From Octopus bimaculoides (lineage: Eukaryota): a stretch of DNA of 64,000 nt. The stretch is from NCBI RefSeq assembly GCF_001194135.2, contig NC_069005.1:31177895-31241894 (forward strand), in the 5' to 3' direction. Within the stretch, counting starts at the first letter, position 1. The number at the start of each line of letters is the position of its first letter. The notes under the pieces are model-generated. The model did no database searches. It saw only the letters and a program-made list of their open reading frames with translations, and was not told where the DNA came from. Below, one piece after another: positions 13,430-26,640 of the stretch. Position numbers and translations under genes: made by a program.

Positions 13430-13680
13430 AAGGTGTACGGTCTGGAGGTTAAGAAACTGGATTCTCAATCATAAGGTTGTGCTTTCAATTTCCAAACTGA
13501 GAGGCACATTGTGTCCTTGAATAAAACACTTTATTTTATTGAAAATTATCAGGAGCAACAGCTGAGGTGAGTTAACATTGCAATGGACTGCCATCCCATC
13601 CAGGGAGAGAGTACTGCACTCTGTCAGTTATACACCACAGAAACCAGTTATAAGCTCAAACGTAATGCTCCTGTAGGGTT
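13430..13680 (+). mobile_element. Old tRNA SINE with gcaatggactg(g/c)catcccatccag domain
   Basis: Shares ccttga(a/g)(t/c)aa(a/g)acactt and atggactg.catcccatccagg with an opposite-strand copy at about 57560-57730. Confidence 0.55.
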
Positions 13681-15039
13681 GTGACAGACATAAGATCTGT
13701 GATACATAAAGAAGACTAATGTTTTTTTTAAAGACATTAGTCATTCTAGCAATGACAGACGAAACCAGATCTATAAACTTCATGTTTTTCTTGGTTAACT
13801 CACCGTCTTCATTCAAGATGTTTATAACATGTTTGAAGATATTTCTGCCATCACTCTACCCTCTTCCTCCTCTATCTGTCTGTTTGTCTGTTCTATAGGC
13901 TGTTTGCTGCTCGTTGCTTGCCAACTGTTGCTATTGACGCTGGGCCTTATGTTAAACAATAGGGACTGTATGATAATTTATGAACTGGGATTTATGTCCG
14001 GTTTTCTATACGTACTAATTATTGATTCTTGTGGGGGGGGGGGAAATTGTTTGGTTTTGTGCAGCTGTGAGTCAGCTGTGTGCATGTATGCATGCAATGT
14101 ATGTGTGTGTGTCTGTGCATGTGTGTGTACATATTGTGTGTGTCTGTCAGTTAGTGACTAGCTGTAAATTCATACCATGGTTCCAGTGCAGGTATCGGGA
14201 CGGGTAGGTGGATACTAATGATCTTCAATAAATATGAATCAGAGGAAGAAATAGAAACACATGCATGCACACACACAGATGCACATGCGCACATGTGTGT
14301 GTGCAACACTTCTCTGCATGTATGTGCAACTCTTCTCCACAAACTAACAAAGGAACTGTTATCTGCAGTCACTCAGCTTGCTAGAAATAGCAGTTAAATC
14401 TCTCCTAAACCACATCTAAGTGTCTTAAAGAAGGTACAGGGGATAATGCTGTGTAGGATATATTAAAAATAAAATTAAATTAAATTAAAAAAAGATGGTG
14501 CAGCTATCATAATTAAGGCATTTTCAATCACGGGATCATTCAATCTGGTTTGATTTGTAATTAAATAACAATGGCACTTTGTCACAATCAAGTGCACAGG
14601 CATTTTGTTTACACACATACACACACACACGTTTCTTTTATTTGTATCGTTCATTGAACTGCAGCTATACTGAAATACTGCCTTGAAAGATTGTTGACCA
14701 AATCAGACCCCCAGTAATTATTACAAGCGAGTAGAGAAAGTGTCAAGCTATGGAGTCCCTATAGCCCTGTCTCAGCAAGAACTATTTGACCTCTTTAGTG
14801 TAGGTGCCCCGAGAAAAATCTACCCAATACACTGGTATGAGTTGGATGGTTTGACCAGAGCTGCACCAAGTTCTAGTCTGATTTGGCATGGTTTCTACAT
14901 CTGGATGCCCTTCCTAACGCCAACCACTTTACAGAGGGCGATGGGTGCTTTTTACGTGGCACTGGCATGAGTGCTGTAACGTGGCACCAGCACAGGCTTC
15001 TTGGAGACCAGTCCTCTTTGCCAGGTGGGGTGGCCTTAA

Positions 15040-15260
15040 CCCCTTAGCATTTAAACTGGCCATATCCGGCCAAAAGTATTCTGCCTATTCTATGTTCAAA
15101 CTGGCCAGGTCTGGTCTCTCACACCAACCCTGCAATATCGTTTTAAAAATTAACAGCTACCGCATCAAAATGTCATAGCTACGAGATAATGTATGATTAG
15201 TTCAAAACAATGTGGATAAAAAAGCATTAATTATGGCAGAATAATGTGAACACTAAAGGG
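15040..15260. mobile_element. TTAA-flanked MITE (piggyBac-type termini CCC...GGG)
   Basis: TTAA|CCCCTTAG...CTAAAGGG|TTAA (TTAA at 15036-15039 and 15261-15264). Homologues at about 16070-16250, 46269-46490, 53149-53347 and 57745-57930(-). Confidence 0.8.
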
Positions 15261-15317
15261 TTAACGTTTCTTCTGTGGAGTACAAGATGAGAAAGAAAGG
15301 GAGGGTCCAAATATCAT

Positions 15318-15398
<81 letters not shown>

Positions 15399-16327
15399 GT
15401 TATATACAGACCTTCATCAGTTGTTCTATTAATAACTTTCTTCTCTGTCTGTCTGTCTCTCTCTCTCAGATTTAACAAAACTGGAAAAGAGACTTAGTTA
15501 CTCGGCCATCATCATCATAGACTCTCTCCTCTAGATGAATTGGTCACGCTAGCTGAATATGTCAGTAAAACTCTAATATTAGAGATTGTTCAATTTTGGA
15601 ACTTGAAGCAGCACTTTTAATTCTGGTGTTACTTCAAGTTATTTTAAGACCAGCCAAAGATATAACAAAAAGAAGAAAAAAAATAGAAAGAAAGGAAGAA
15701 AGAAAGGAAGAAAGAAAGAAAGGAAATGGTCGTGGTATGAGTAAGCTGAAGTTAAGATAGATGTAAACAAAAATAGATAAATTTATTTTTCAGAAATAAC
15801 AAATAAGGAAATCTAAATTTTTGCTGACATTATTATTATTATTATTATTATCTGATAGGAAACACAAGTTTCTAGACAGCAATCGACTGGATATTTGATA
15901 GATTTTGACAGCAACAGTGATATATTTTCTGCTTTTATATAACTTGACTTTAAATTGGAAACCTAGTTTTTTTCTGCTAGATTTGCACATCATGTTTAGG
16001 TTTTAAGTTGAATAACTCCATTACAGTTATCTTCTGTTTGTGATGAATTTAGAAATAAAACATATTTAACCCTTTGGTATTTAAACCGGCCATATATTGG
16101 TCAAATATTCTATCTGTGTTATGTTCAAACTGGCCAGATCTAACCTCTCACACCGACCCTACAATGTCGTTCTAAACATAAAGCAACATCATTAAAGTCT
16201 CAAAGCTGCAAGATAATGTATATGATTAATTCAAAACAATCTGAATAAATATACAATTTAATTTAACTTTATATATTTTAATGAGACAGTTGCAAAGGTG
16301 GCTCTGTAGATAAGAAGCTCATTTTGC

Positions 16328-16763
16328 AACAACATGGCTTTGAGTTCAGTTCCACTGCACAGCACCTTGAACATGCTATTTACTATAGTCCCCGGCCTTT
16401 GAATGAATTTGGTTGATGGAAATTGTGTGGAAGTCTGTCGTGTGTATGTGTGTGTTTCTGTCAGTGTTAATTTGTTTACATATTTGTAACTTAGCAATTC
16501 ATCAGAAACTGATAGAATAAGTACCAGATTTAATAAATATGTTCTAACAACATGGCTTTGAGTTCAGTTCCACTGCACAGCACCTTGAACATGCTTTTTA
16601 CTATAGTCCCCGGCCTTTGAATGAATTTGGTTAATGGAAACTGTGTAGAAGCCTGTCGTGTGTATGTGTGTGTTTCTGTCAGTGTTAATTTGTTTACATC
16701 TCTGTAACTTAGCAATTCATCAGAAACTGATAGAATAAGTACCAGATTTAATAAATATGTTCT
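16328..16763 (+). repeat. Direct tandem duplication, 2 x 218 bp, inside a family-B SINE
   Basis: aacaacatggctttgag...aaatatgttct occurs at 16328-16545 and 16546-16763 with only a handful of substitutions. Confidence 0.95.
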
Positions 16764-18480
16764 ATGGTTTATCTGTTCAACTGAAACCTTTTCAAGATGG
16801 TGCCCCAGCATGGCCGCAGTCCTTTGACTGAAGCAAGTAAAAGATAAGAGCTATGCACTGAACCACATGCACATTATACAGTTATATCCAAGTTTATTTG
16901 ATTTTGTAATAGTAGCAGTAGCAGCAGTAGCAGTAGTAGTAGTAACATTCTATAGTGTTGCTCTTTCACTGGTCTCAGTCATTGAGCTGCTGCTATGCTG
17001 TGGCACCACCTTCAAGGGTTTTTTTTATCAATTATATTGGATCCTCTATGCTGATTGATAGTTATTTTATTGATCTCGGAGATGACCAAAAGGTGAAGTC
17101 AATCAGGTGGAAAGCAAGGTGACTCTGACAGATCAAAATACCACAATCAGCTTGAATCAGTGACTTTTATACCATTCTGTATCAACACACACAGACACAC
17201 ACACACACACACACACACATACACTCACAGACACACACACACACACACACATACACTCACAGACACACACACACTCTCCTCCTCTCCGTTTTTCTTGCTC
17301 CCTCTTTCTCTCTCCATCTTTTTCTCTACCTCTCTCTCCCTCCCTCTCTCACTCACATGCACACATTCACCCTTACATATGCAAGTACAATACACACACA
17401 CTCAGGCACGCACATTTATTCTTAGTGCACATACAGACACACATACTGGCACACACATGTACATGCTCATCTACACACACCTGTAAAAAGAACTTGGAAG
17501 GTTCAGCCTCCAACCAGGCCTTTCACAATGCCCTTCATGCCAGGAACTTTTCAGCACCCCGTCATGCATGTATGTATGTATATACACACATACACATACA
17601 CACACGCGCCCAATCACTGGTTGGAGGACAGAATCTCTAGCGTGTATATCGAGGTGAAAATTCTTGCACCTTTATATACCATCATCATCATCGTTTAATG
17701 TCCGCTTTCCATGCTAGCATGGGTTGGACGATTTGACTGAGGACTGGTGAACCAGATGGCTACACCAGACTCCAGTCTGATTTGGCAGAGTTTATACAGC
17801 TGGATGCCCTTCCTAACGCCAACCACTCCGAGAGTGTAATGGGTGCTTTTATGTGCCACCGGCACGAAGGCCAGTCAGGCGGTACTGGCAATGGCCACGC
17901 TCAAAATGGTGTATTTTACGTGCCACCTGCACAAGGGCCAGTTCAGCGGTACTGGCAATGAACTCGCTCGAATGTCTTTTCACGTTCCACTGGCACAAGT
18001 GCCAGGAAGGCGACATTGGTAACGGTCACGCTCAAATGGGGTGGCAGAATTTGTAAAGCATTGGACAAAATACCTTCCAGTATTTAGGTATGGCTCTTTG
18101 TTCTGAGTTCAAATCCCAAGAATGATGTTGATTACATTAACTATAACCTCACCACACACACACACACACACACACACATTTTCTGGTTTTGTGCCAATGT
18201 TGAAAATGGATATTTCCAAGTATTTTGATCTCCGATGACCTGTGAATACGTGTTGGGCATTTCTCTTGAAAATCCTATGTTTGGCTGTGATATTTAAAGT
18301 AAAAATTTTTATACACTTGAAATATCTGAAGTGGTAACATGAATTGGAGTATGAAAATAGCCTGAATGCTTTCTGCGACCAATATGAAAGCTACGTTTCA
18401 CACTCTAACGAGGAAAGGGATATATGATTCAGAAATAATTCTTTGTTAATTAAGCATGAAAGGCATTAAGCAAGTTAATT

Positions 18481-18870
18481 GTCTCGAACAGACACTGGCT
18501 TGCGTAGCACATGACTCCACAGCGAGATACTAATGCGCCATGCATAGGGTATCACAGAGTTCAGTACGGTAGGTAACCAGAAGCTAGTCAGAGATAATTA
18601 CGGTGAGAACCAATCTAATAAAGGTCTACTGCTGACCTCATAAAATACAATTCATGCTTGCCAAATTGGTTGCCGCTCGTCGGACATCTTGAAAGCACGG
18701 CTGTACTGTGTTGGGTTGTGTGTTGTGTTGGGTTGGTTTCTTCTTCGTAATATTTCCCACCACTAAAACGTGTAAACCGAAAGTGAACGTGTAATCTTCT
18801 TGCCTCTTTTCTGGATTGTATGTTAACTACACCCGCCATTTGCTAGTAATGGCTACAAAGTCACGTAGTG
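18481..18870. promoter_or_regulatory. Candidate promoter or 5' exon region (CpG-enriched unique sequence)
   Basis: 16 CpG in 390 bp, compared with 2 in about 1 kb at 55321-56340. YY1-like CCGCCATTTG at about 18833-18842. Lies 1.4 kb upstream of the first coding exon of numb. Confidence 0.35.
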
Positions 18871-19036
18871 GCAGCAGTGGTGGTGGTGGTGGTAGTGGTG
18901 GTGGTAGTGGTAGTGGTGTTGGTGGTAGTAGCATACCTGATTTATTGATCCTTTAGTTTGAAGTTAATGGAGAGTCTGAACGACTGATTGAATGAAGTCA
19001 ACTGTAACAGGATATTATTTTCTAAATGTGCCTAAG

Positions 19037-19077
<41 letters not shown>

Positions 19078-19921
19078 NNNNNNNNNNNNNNNNNNNNNNN
19101 NNNNNNNNNNNNNNNNNNNNNNNNNNNNNNNNNNNNNNNNNNNNNNNNNNNNNNNNNNNNNNNNNNNNNNNNNNNNNNNNNNNNNNNNNNNNNNNNNNNN
19201 NNNNNNNNNNNNNNNNNNNNNNNNNNNNNNNNNNNNNNNNNNNNNNNNNNNNNNNNNNNNNNNNNNNNNNNNNNNNNNNNNNNNNNNNNNNNNNNNNNNN
19301 NNNNNNNNNNNNNNNNNNNNNNNNNNNNNNNNNNNNNNNNNNNNNNNNNNNNNNNNNNNNNNNNNNNNNNNNNNNNNNNNNNNNNNNNNNNNNNNNNNNN
19401 NNNNNNNNNNNNNNNNNNNNNNNNNNNNNNNNNNNNNNNNNNNNNNNNNNNNNNNNNNNNNNNNNNNNNNNNNNNNNNNNNNNNNNNNNNNNNNNNNNNN
19501 NNNNNNNNNNNNNNNNNNNNNNNNNNNNNNNNNNNNNNNNNNNNNNNNNNNNNNNNNNNNNNNNNNNNNNNNNNNNNNNNNNNNNNNNNNNNNNNNNNNN
19601 NNNNNNNNNNNNNNNNNNNNNNNNNNNNNNNNNNNNNNNNNNNNNNNNNNNNNNNNNNNCCAGTCATAAGACTGCGACCATACTGGGGCACCACCTTGAG
19701 GAATCTTTTCTTTCAGTCAAATGAAGCAACCCCAGTACCTTTTTTTTTTTAAAGCGTGGTACTTATTCTATCAGTCTCTTTTGCTGAGCTGCTAGGTTTG
19801 ATCGGCCTGAGGCGATAGTAGAAGGCACTTGCCCATGGTGGTGCACAGTGGGACCAAACCCCAAACCATGTGGTTGGGAAGCAAGCTTCTTACCCCAACA
19901 CAGCCTTGCCTGTGTGCATAT

Positions 19922-19963
<42 letters not shown>

Positions 19964-20294
19964 AGAGGTAGTTGAACAGAGTATCCAGAAACAGCTGTAA
20001 AGTAACAGCACTTTCCTATCCATCACTTGCAAGGTTTTCACCAGTGATCCCACGGATTTTACTTATCCAACTAGCTTAACTCAACACATAGGACATCTCA
20101 GATTCTCTTCTACCCTGTTTATGCTAAATCACTTTGAACTTTCACCCTTGATTCTTTCAGACTTTCCTGCTTTGTTATATATTTGTATATCTTTGTTCTC
20201 TCTTCACTATGTTATATAAATATGTTACAAATTGGTTCATATGTATGTATTAAGTCATCTTTCTGTTTGTCTTCTTTGCAGGTGGACTAGCCAA

Positions 20295-20429
20295 ATGAAA
20301 ATGGAGAAACTTAAGCGAAGCTTAAGCTTCCGCAAGAAAAAAGATCATGTCCCTGAGTGTTCTAAACCTCATCAATGGCTTGAGGACGAACGTAAAGTTC
20401 GGGAAGGGACATGTAGTTTTCAAGTGAAG
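20295..20429 (+). CDS. numb: Numb, first identifiable coding exon (exon starts at 20282; in-frame ATGs at 20295 and 20301)
   Basis: Polypyrimidine acceptor cttctttgcag ends at 20281; donor AAG|gtaaga follows 20429. Translation [45 protein letters not shown] matches the Numb N-terminus as I recall it (human [42 protein letters not shown]; fly [28 protein letters not shown]). Confidence 0.96.
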
Positions 20430-20623
20430 GTAAGAACTGTCTTCACAGCCTTTCTCTTTTCTTTCTAAAGTATACATTTTCCATCTTGTTCGTCTCTCCA
20501 TCTACCTTTTTGCTCTCATTCCTGTACCAGTTCTCATGCTTTTAACTCTCTCTCTCTCTGTTAGCTTTCCTTGTCACTTTTTTCTTTCTCCATGTCCTCC
20601 TCTCTCACACTCTCTCATCTATG

Positions 20624-20661
<38 letters not shown>

Positions 20662-21395
20662 TCTATTCATTGTGTCTACTTTTCCTCCTTTTTTCTCCTC
20701 GCTCTCTCTCTCTCTCTCCACCAAACTATTTTGCATAGCTATCATTTCTAATCATTGCCCTATAAAAAAAAAAAAAGAGAAAAAAACAAAAGGGTTATGT
20801 TGCACGAAACAGTAACTTATTGTATCATAGATAATTCTAATCCCTGTTTTATATTGGGCCCTTTTAGAAACTATAGTGGACCTTATGATAAATTATAGTG
20901 AACCCTAAAAGGAATTACAGTGGATCCTATCAAGAATTATACTTCACTCTATCGTGAATTATAGCAGAAAATTACATTAAGCATGTACTCCCCCCACCAT
21001 AAAAGTTGGGGCAGGGTTGAATAAACCATTAGGGCCTAGTCAAAGCTAGATCTAAAATAAATTTGATTTGACTGTTAAGTCCCCTCCTCCCCTTTGCCTT
21101 GCCCCTTGCTTAATATTCTGTTGTTATCCTTAAAGCTATACAGCAACTAACAAATAAGAACCTGAGATTTAGCACATATAATATATATGTATATAGATTA
21201 TTGATATTTAGCAGAAGTAACAGAGTGACTCGAGGTTTGAGAGTTTCGCGTGTTGGCACTTAGCAAACTAGTTACAGGTCGGAGACCTGTGGGTTTGGAA
21301 AGATGTTGGGAAATATATTCCCTCTGGATTGTTCTAGATCAAATCATAATAATAAAAAGAAATTGTCACACGGAGAATTCAAATAGTTTGCCCAT

Positions 21396-21460
<65 letters not shown>

Positions 21461-22560
21461 NNNNNNNNNNATATATATACATATTTATATATACATACAT
21501 ATATATAAATATATATATATACATACATATATATAAATATATATACATACATATATATATATATAAATATATATACATATATATATACATATATACACAC
21601 ACATATATATATATATATAGACATACATATATACACACACGTATATGTACACACATACAGCAGTGAATCCTATAAAGAAAATACCACAGGGTGTCCCTCT
21701 GTTCCTATCCCCATTTCTTCACACTACAGTGTGTATATATATATGTGTGTGTGTGTGTGTCTGTATATATAGATATACACACACGCACACGTGGGGCTTG
21801 ATAAATGTAGATAGATGAATGGATGGATATATAGAGGGAGTGAAATATATATATATATGTGTGTGTGTATATTTTTTTATAAGGGCAACAAACTGATTCC
21901 CTATATATTTTTTTCTTTATTATTTTCCTTATCTCAAAAGTGAGATATCCATCTCTCACCTAAATAAGGTGCTGAGGGATTTGAAGGGGGGAGGTATGGG
22001 AAGAAGAAAGAAAGAAAGAAAGGATGGCAGCTTAATGAATCCAAGAAGGTGGGATTTGACTTCTGGAAGTCTGTACTGAACCAGAAAATTTCAATTCCAA
22101 CATTACTCGTGGCCTGCTGCATCTACTCGCTCATCAATGAAATGGTTTATTCGGAAACATCCGTTCCTTATCTAAAAATAACCTTTCAACCTTGAGGAGT
22201 ACGGCATATTACGTAGCATTATATGTGCTTCCTTTGGAGATGTGGCAACACTGTTGCCCCACTTCCAGCATCATCAACCAGTTACCCTCCACACCCCACA
22301 CCCCTGCTGCTGCTGCTGCCTCCGCCACCTCGATGCCTTTCAGACTTCCCCAAGACCTTTTGTGTGGTGTTGTTTTAACTTGATTTACCTGTTTCTTGAG
22401 GAGCTCATCTTTTGAGATAATCTTTTGAGATAATATCTGATATTGAGCAGAATATTTGCTGTAGCCCATCTTTTATACCAAGACAAAACAATGTACATAA
22501 CACTTCCAATCAGTTAAGATCAGAAGCCATGAGAGCCACTGCCTGGTACTGCATCATGGC

Positions 22561-22608
<48 letters not shown>

Positions 22609-23034
22609 CATCATCATCATCATCATTGTAGGTCTTTGGTGGGGAGATGTACATAGTATTAAATTGGCCCCATTATATTCTTGGTATGTTTGAAATCCAT
22701 GCCTACGATGATGAGAAGCAAAGTTGACCAAAATCAATACAAATAAAGCATAAGTAAGATTCTAGTGTTGCTATAAGTAGGGGTGGGGGTGGTGTAAGTG
22801 TGGGGGCTTGGCGGTCAGTTTCAATCGATTGAAATGACCCACTCCCTTCCACCTATAAAATTGACCCTGCTTCTGGCTGATTGAAAAAATATAATTATAA
22901 TAATATAATTATATCATGGAATTAATATATGCACAAACACACATATTTAATTAGATAAAATAACAATTATACTAATGACATTTAGATTATAATTATATTA
23001 TATAATGAGTTTAGATATAATTAGGTGGTGGTTA

Positions 23035-23072
<38 letters not shown>

Positions 23073-23192
23073 GATATCCACCCCCCACTTTCATGTATGT
23101 GTGTGTTTTCGTGATGCCATACTGGAGCTCTGCCTTTGTGTCTATACTCTTTGTTCATCTCTAACAACTTACAATAAAGATTATTATTATTA

Positions 23193-23233
<41 letters not shown>

Positions 23234-25169
23234 GCAAAACATCTTTGTAACAAAGTAATTGAAACCAACAGGAAGTAACTTCCTATATATATTATTGAAA
23301 GCAAACCAATCAGATTCTATGTACTGATATGTTGCTTGTTACTAAACAATGGTGGCCAGCAGAACAAGACCGTTGTCTAGTATTTAGTCTCGGTTCTGTG
23401 TATACAGATTAAAATTCCAATAGTGCAAAGAGGCAATTTAGTTTTGCTTTTCATCTCATTCAAGATTGATAAAATAGCGACCAGCAGATAAATTTGATTT
23501 CTCCATACAATCTACTCCTTAAAAAAATTAGATTTGTATCTTGTGAGAGTCATCATCATTGTCACCGTCGTCATCATCATCGTCATCACTTCTGCATTGG
23601 CTTTTCCCATATTGCCATGGGTTGAAAGAGGCTTGTTGAAGAAGTGTTTGACGGTTGGATGTTTGACTTGTTTTTTTTAAGGGAGACATTTTTATCCTGC
23701 TCGTCTTCACACACCAAATCCGAAGACCTCTGGAATGCATTGTTTACAGGAGGCATACACAAGCATCACTGTTTTTTTTTTATTCAAATGGTGTTAGTGT
23801 GAAGACACACTGAAACACACATTCTCTTGCTTTCTGTCTCACTCTCTGCTTTACTCTCTCTCTCTCTCACACACACATCAGATTGCTCTTGTGCTGCTGG
23901 TAACGTGTTACCTAATACAACCTGTTGCATGGTTAGGTCATCAGCAACTAACCCGGCAACCCTACAAGCGGACGTTAAACGACGACGATGATGAAGTAGG
24001 GAGTGTGTGTGTGTGTGTGGATATCATAGATGGATATCATAGATGGATATCATATGCAATGGCTATGATATAAGCATGCACAATACGGTGGAACTCAGCT
24101 CAGCTTAACTCTGCTCCGCTCTGCACTGACGATGAAGGAATGAAACTATGAAACCGCTCTCCATCTAATGATAACAAGATAACAATACATACACCTCATC
24201 AGCCAAACCATTTATGGCTCCCTTTCCTCTGCCCTCTCTCTCTCTCCTCCTATCAGACTACCATCTTTCTGCCTCTTTCCTTTCTCCTTTTTAATATTTC
24301 ATTATAAAATTTTACATTACATTATTTATTTCATTGTCTCTCGCTGTTATTTCTCTCTGATATTTAACTGGCATTTATACTACAGCGTTAAATTAGCATT
24401 TATTTATTTAGTTTTTTTTTTTATCTAAATTTATGCCATGACAGAATGTAGTATGTATTGCTATATCTTCTTTCCTATTTAAACCTCACGTACTAACAGA
24501 GAAAGTCGATAAAAGTTTCCTTGATAACTTGCCAGCAGTGATGGTCATATAACTGGAAGCAAACAATCAGATTCATCTTAATTATCTCCCAAACTTGTGC
24601 CCTGGATCCTACTTCCCCTTCTTTGTAAACTTTCTTTGGGGATATATATATATGTACTTATGTGTGTCTCTCTGTTGTTTGATTATATAATAATAATATA
24701 CGTTGCATGTGTATGATTTACAAGTGTGTTTAGATGTGTGTGTGTACTGTGAGAATGTGTTGGGGGAAGTGCCTGGAAAAATTTAGAAAAGTATGCCAAA
24801 TATCTCTAATTACAGTAATGATAATGTTGATCTATATTCGTTTACTTCTTCACCAGTTAGGCACAGCTAAAATTAGAATTGGTGTCATAGACATCTATAG
24901 ATTTGTGTATGCATGTGTGTGTGTGAGAGAGAGAAAGTATATATGTATATATATATATATAATTTTCCAGTAAATTTTGTAATCGTTACCAATATAGCAT
25001 AAGACTTCACTCCAAAGGATCATTGATTAGATTCCTTAAGGGTCGTTCTCATTGTTTATATTTCCAAGGTTTCAAATTTGTATGTTTAAAAAGATCGGTC
25101 GTGTTGAAAGTTTCTATCTTTTTAAACATACAAATTTGAAACATATATATATATATATATATATATATA

Positions 25170-25331
25170 CACTCTCTGAGTGGTTGGCGTTAGGAAGGGC
25201 ATCCAGCTGTAGAAACTCTGCCAAATCAGACTGGAGCCTGGTGTTGCCATCCGGTTTCACCAGTCCTCAGTCAAATCGTCCAACCCATGCTAGCATGGAA
25301 AGCGGACGTTAAACGATGATGATGATGATGA

Positions 25332-25335
<4 letters not shown>
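25170..25335 (+). mobile_element. RTE-tail-related short repeat (family C) ending ccaacccatgccagcatggaaa..ggacgttaaa(gat)n
   Basis: Well-preserved copy. Homologues at about 3690-3965(+), 14810-14980(-), 17685-18040(-), 23920-23995(+), 34190-34370(+), 37170-37310(-), 45720-45900(-), 48640-48820(+) and 51570-51870(+). Confidence 0.75.
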
Positions 25336-25372
<37 letters not shown>

Positions 25373-26603
25373 CACACACACAATTGTAAACAAGGGCAAA
25401 AGAAAAAAGATTTCTATACCAATATATTTGTTAGTCTGTTCATTTCCTTCACATCATAAGGCTTTGGTTGGCCCGAGGCTATAGTAAAAGACACTTGCTT
25501 AAGGTGCCATGCAGTGGGACTGAACCCGGAACCAGATGGTTGGGAAGTAGACTTCTTACCACACACATACACAATGTATGTAACTTCTGCTCTTCAGTAA
25601 CTTTATGACTTCTGTAGAAAACGTATATATATATATATATCTCCAAACATGTGGCTGTGTGGTAAGAAGCTTGCTTCCCAACCCCATGGCTCCAGGTTCA
25701 GTCCCACTATGTGGCACCTTGGGCAAGTGTCTTCTACCATAGCCTCAGGTCGACCAAAGCCTTGTAAGTTGATTTGGTAGACGGAAACTGGAAGAAGCTC
25801 ATCGTGTGTGTGTGTGTGTGTGTATGTATATGTGTGTATATGTTTGTTTTCCCGCCATCGTTTGCCAACCGATGCTGGTGTGTTTATGTCCCTGTAACTT
25901 AGCAGTTTGGCAAAAGGGACTGATAGAATACGTAGTAGCCTTAGAAAGAATAAGTCCTGGGGGCAATTTCTTTGACTAACACCCTTTGAGGCAGTGCTCC
26001 AGCATGGCCACAATCAAATGACTAAAACAAATAAAGCACTACACACACACACACACACACACACACGTGTGTGTGTGTGTGTGTAGTTTATTCATGAGTT
26101 ATATATTTTCACAGCAAGATTAAATACATGTTTGTTAAACATCTCATCTTTGACTTCTGTGTATATATTTACTCGTAACCCCACTGCGAGACTTATGGAG
26201 TTGTAATGTGTGGGCACATGCGCCTGTGTGTATGTGTGCACTTGCGCGCATGTATATGTGTGTATGTAAAATGACTACTTCTTGGTCGAGAGTGGTGTCT
26301 GGCATGGTAAGAGGCATCAAGTTATAAATGAGACTCCTCCAGTAATTTATTGAAATGTCAAAATATTTATTTAAACCAAAAAACAAACATACACACACAA
26401 ACACAACCCCTCCCTTATGAGTTAGAAAATAAATTTAGAAATAATTTTTCTCTGTAAGAAATAGACACTTTAAGAAAATAGAATCCAGTGGCTGCTTGTT
26501 TTTTGATTTTTTTTTTTTTTGTATTTTTGTTATTTAGTCCCAGATCTTGTCTGACTGGTCAGGCATTATGATTAAAGACATTTCCAACCCTAACCATCCT
26601 GTC

Positions 26604-26640
<37 letters not shown>

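Noticed and set aside
13805-13960. Minus-strand exon-like segment with donor ACG|GTGAGT
   Set aside because: All three frames contain stops, and the acceptors lack a good pyrimidine tract.
24126-24160. CTGACGA...GAAACCG resembling a hammerhead
   Set aside because: No stem II or stem I pairing. The CTGATGA matches at about 210(-), 27185(-), 32462(-) and 37918(+) fail in the same way.
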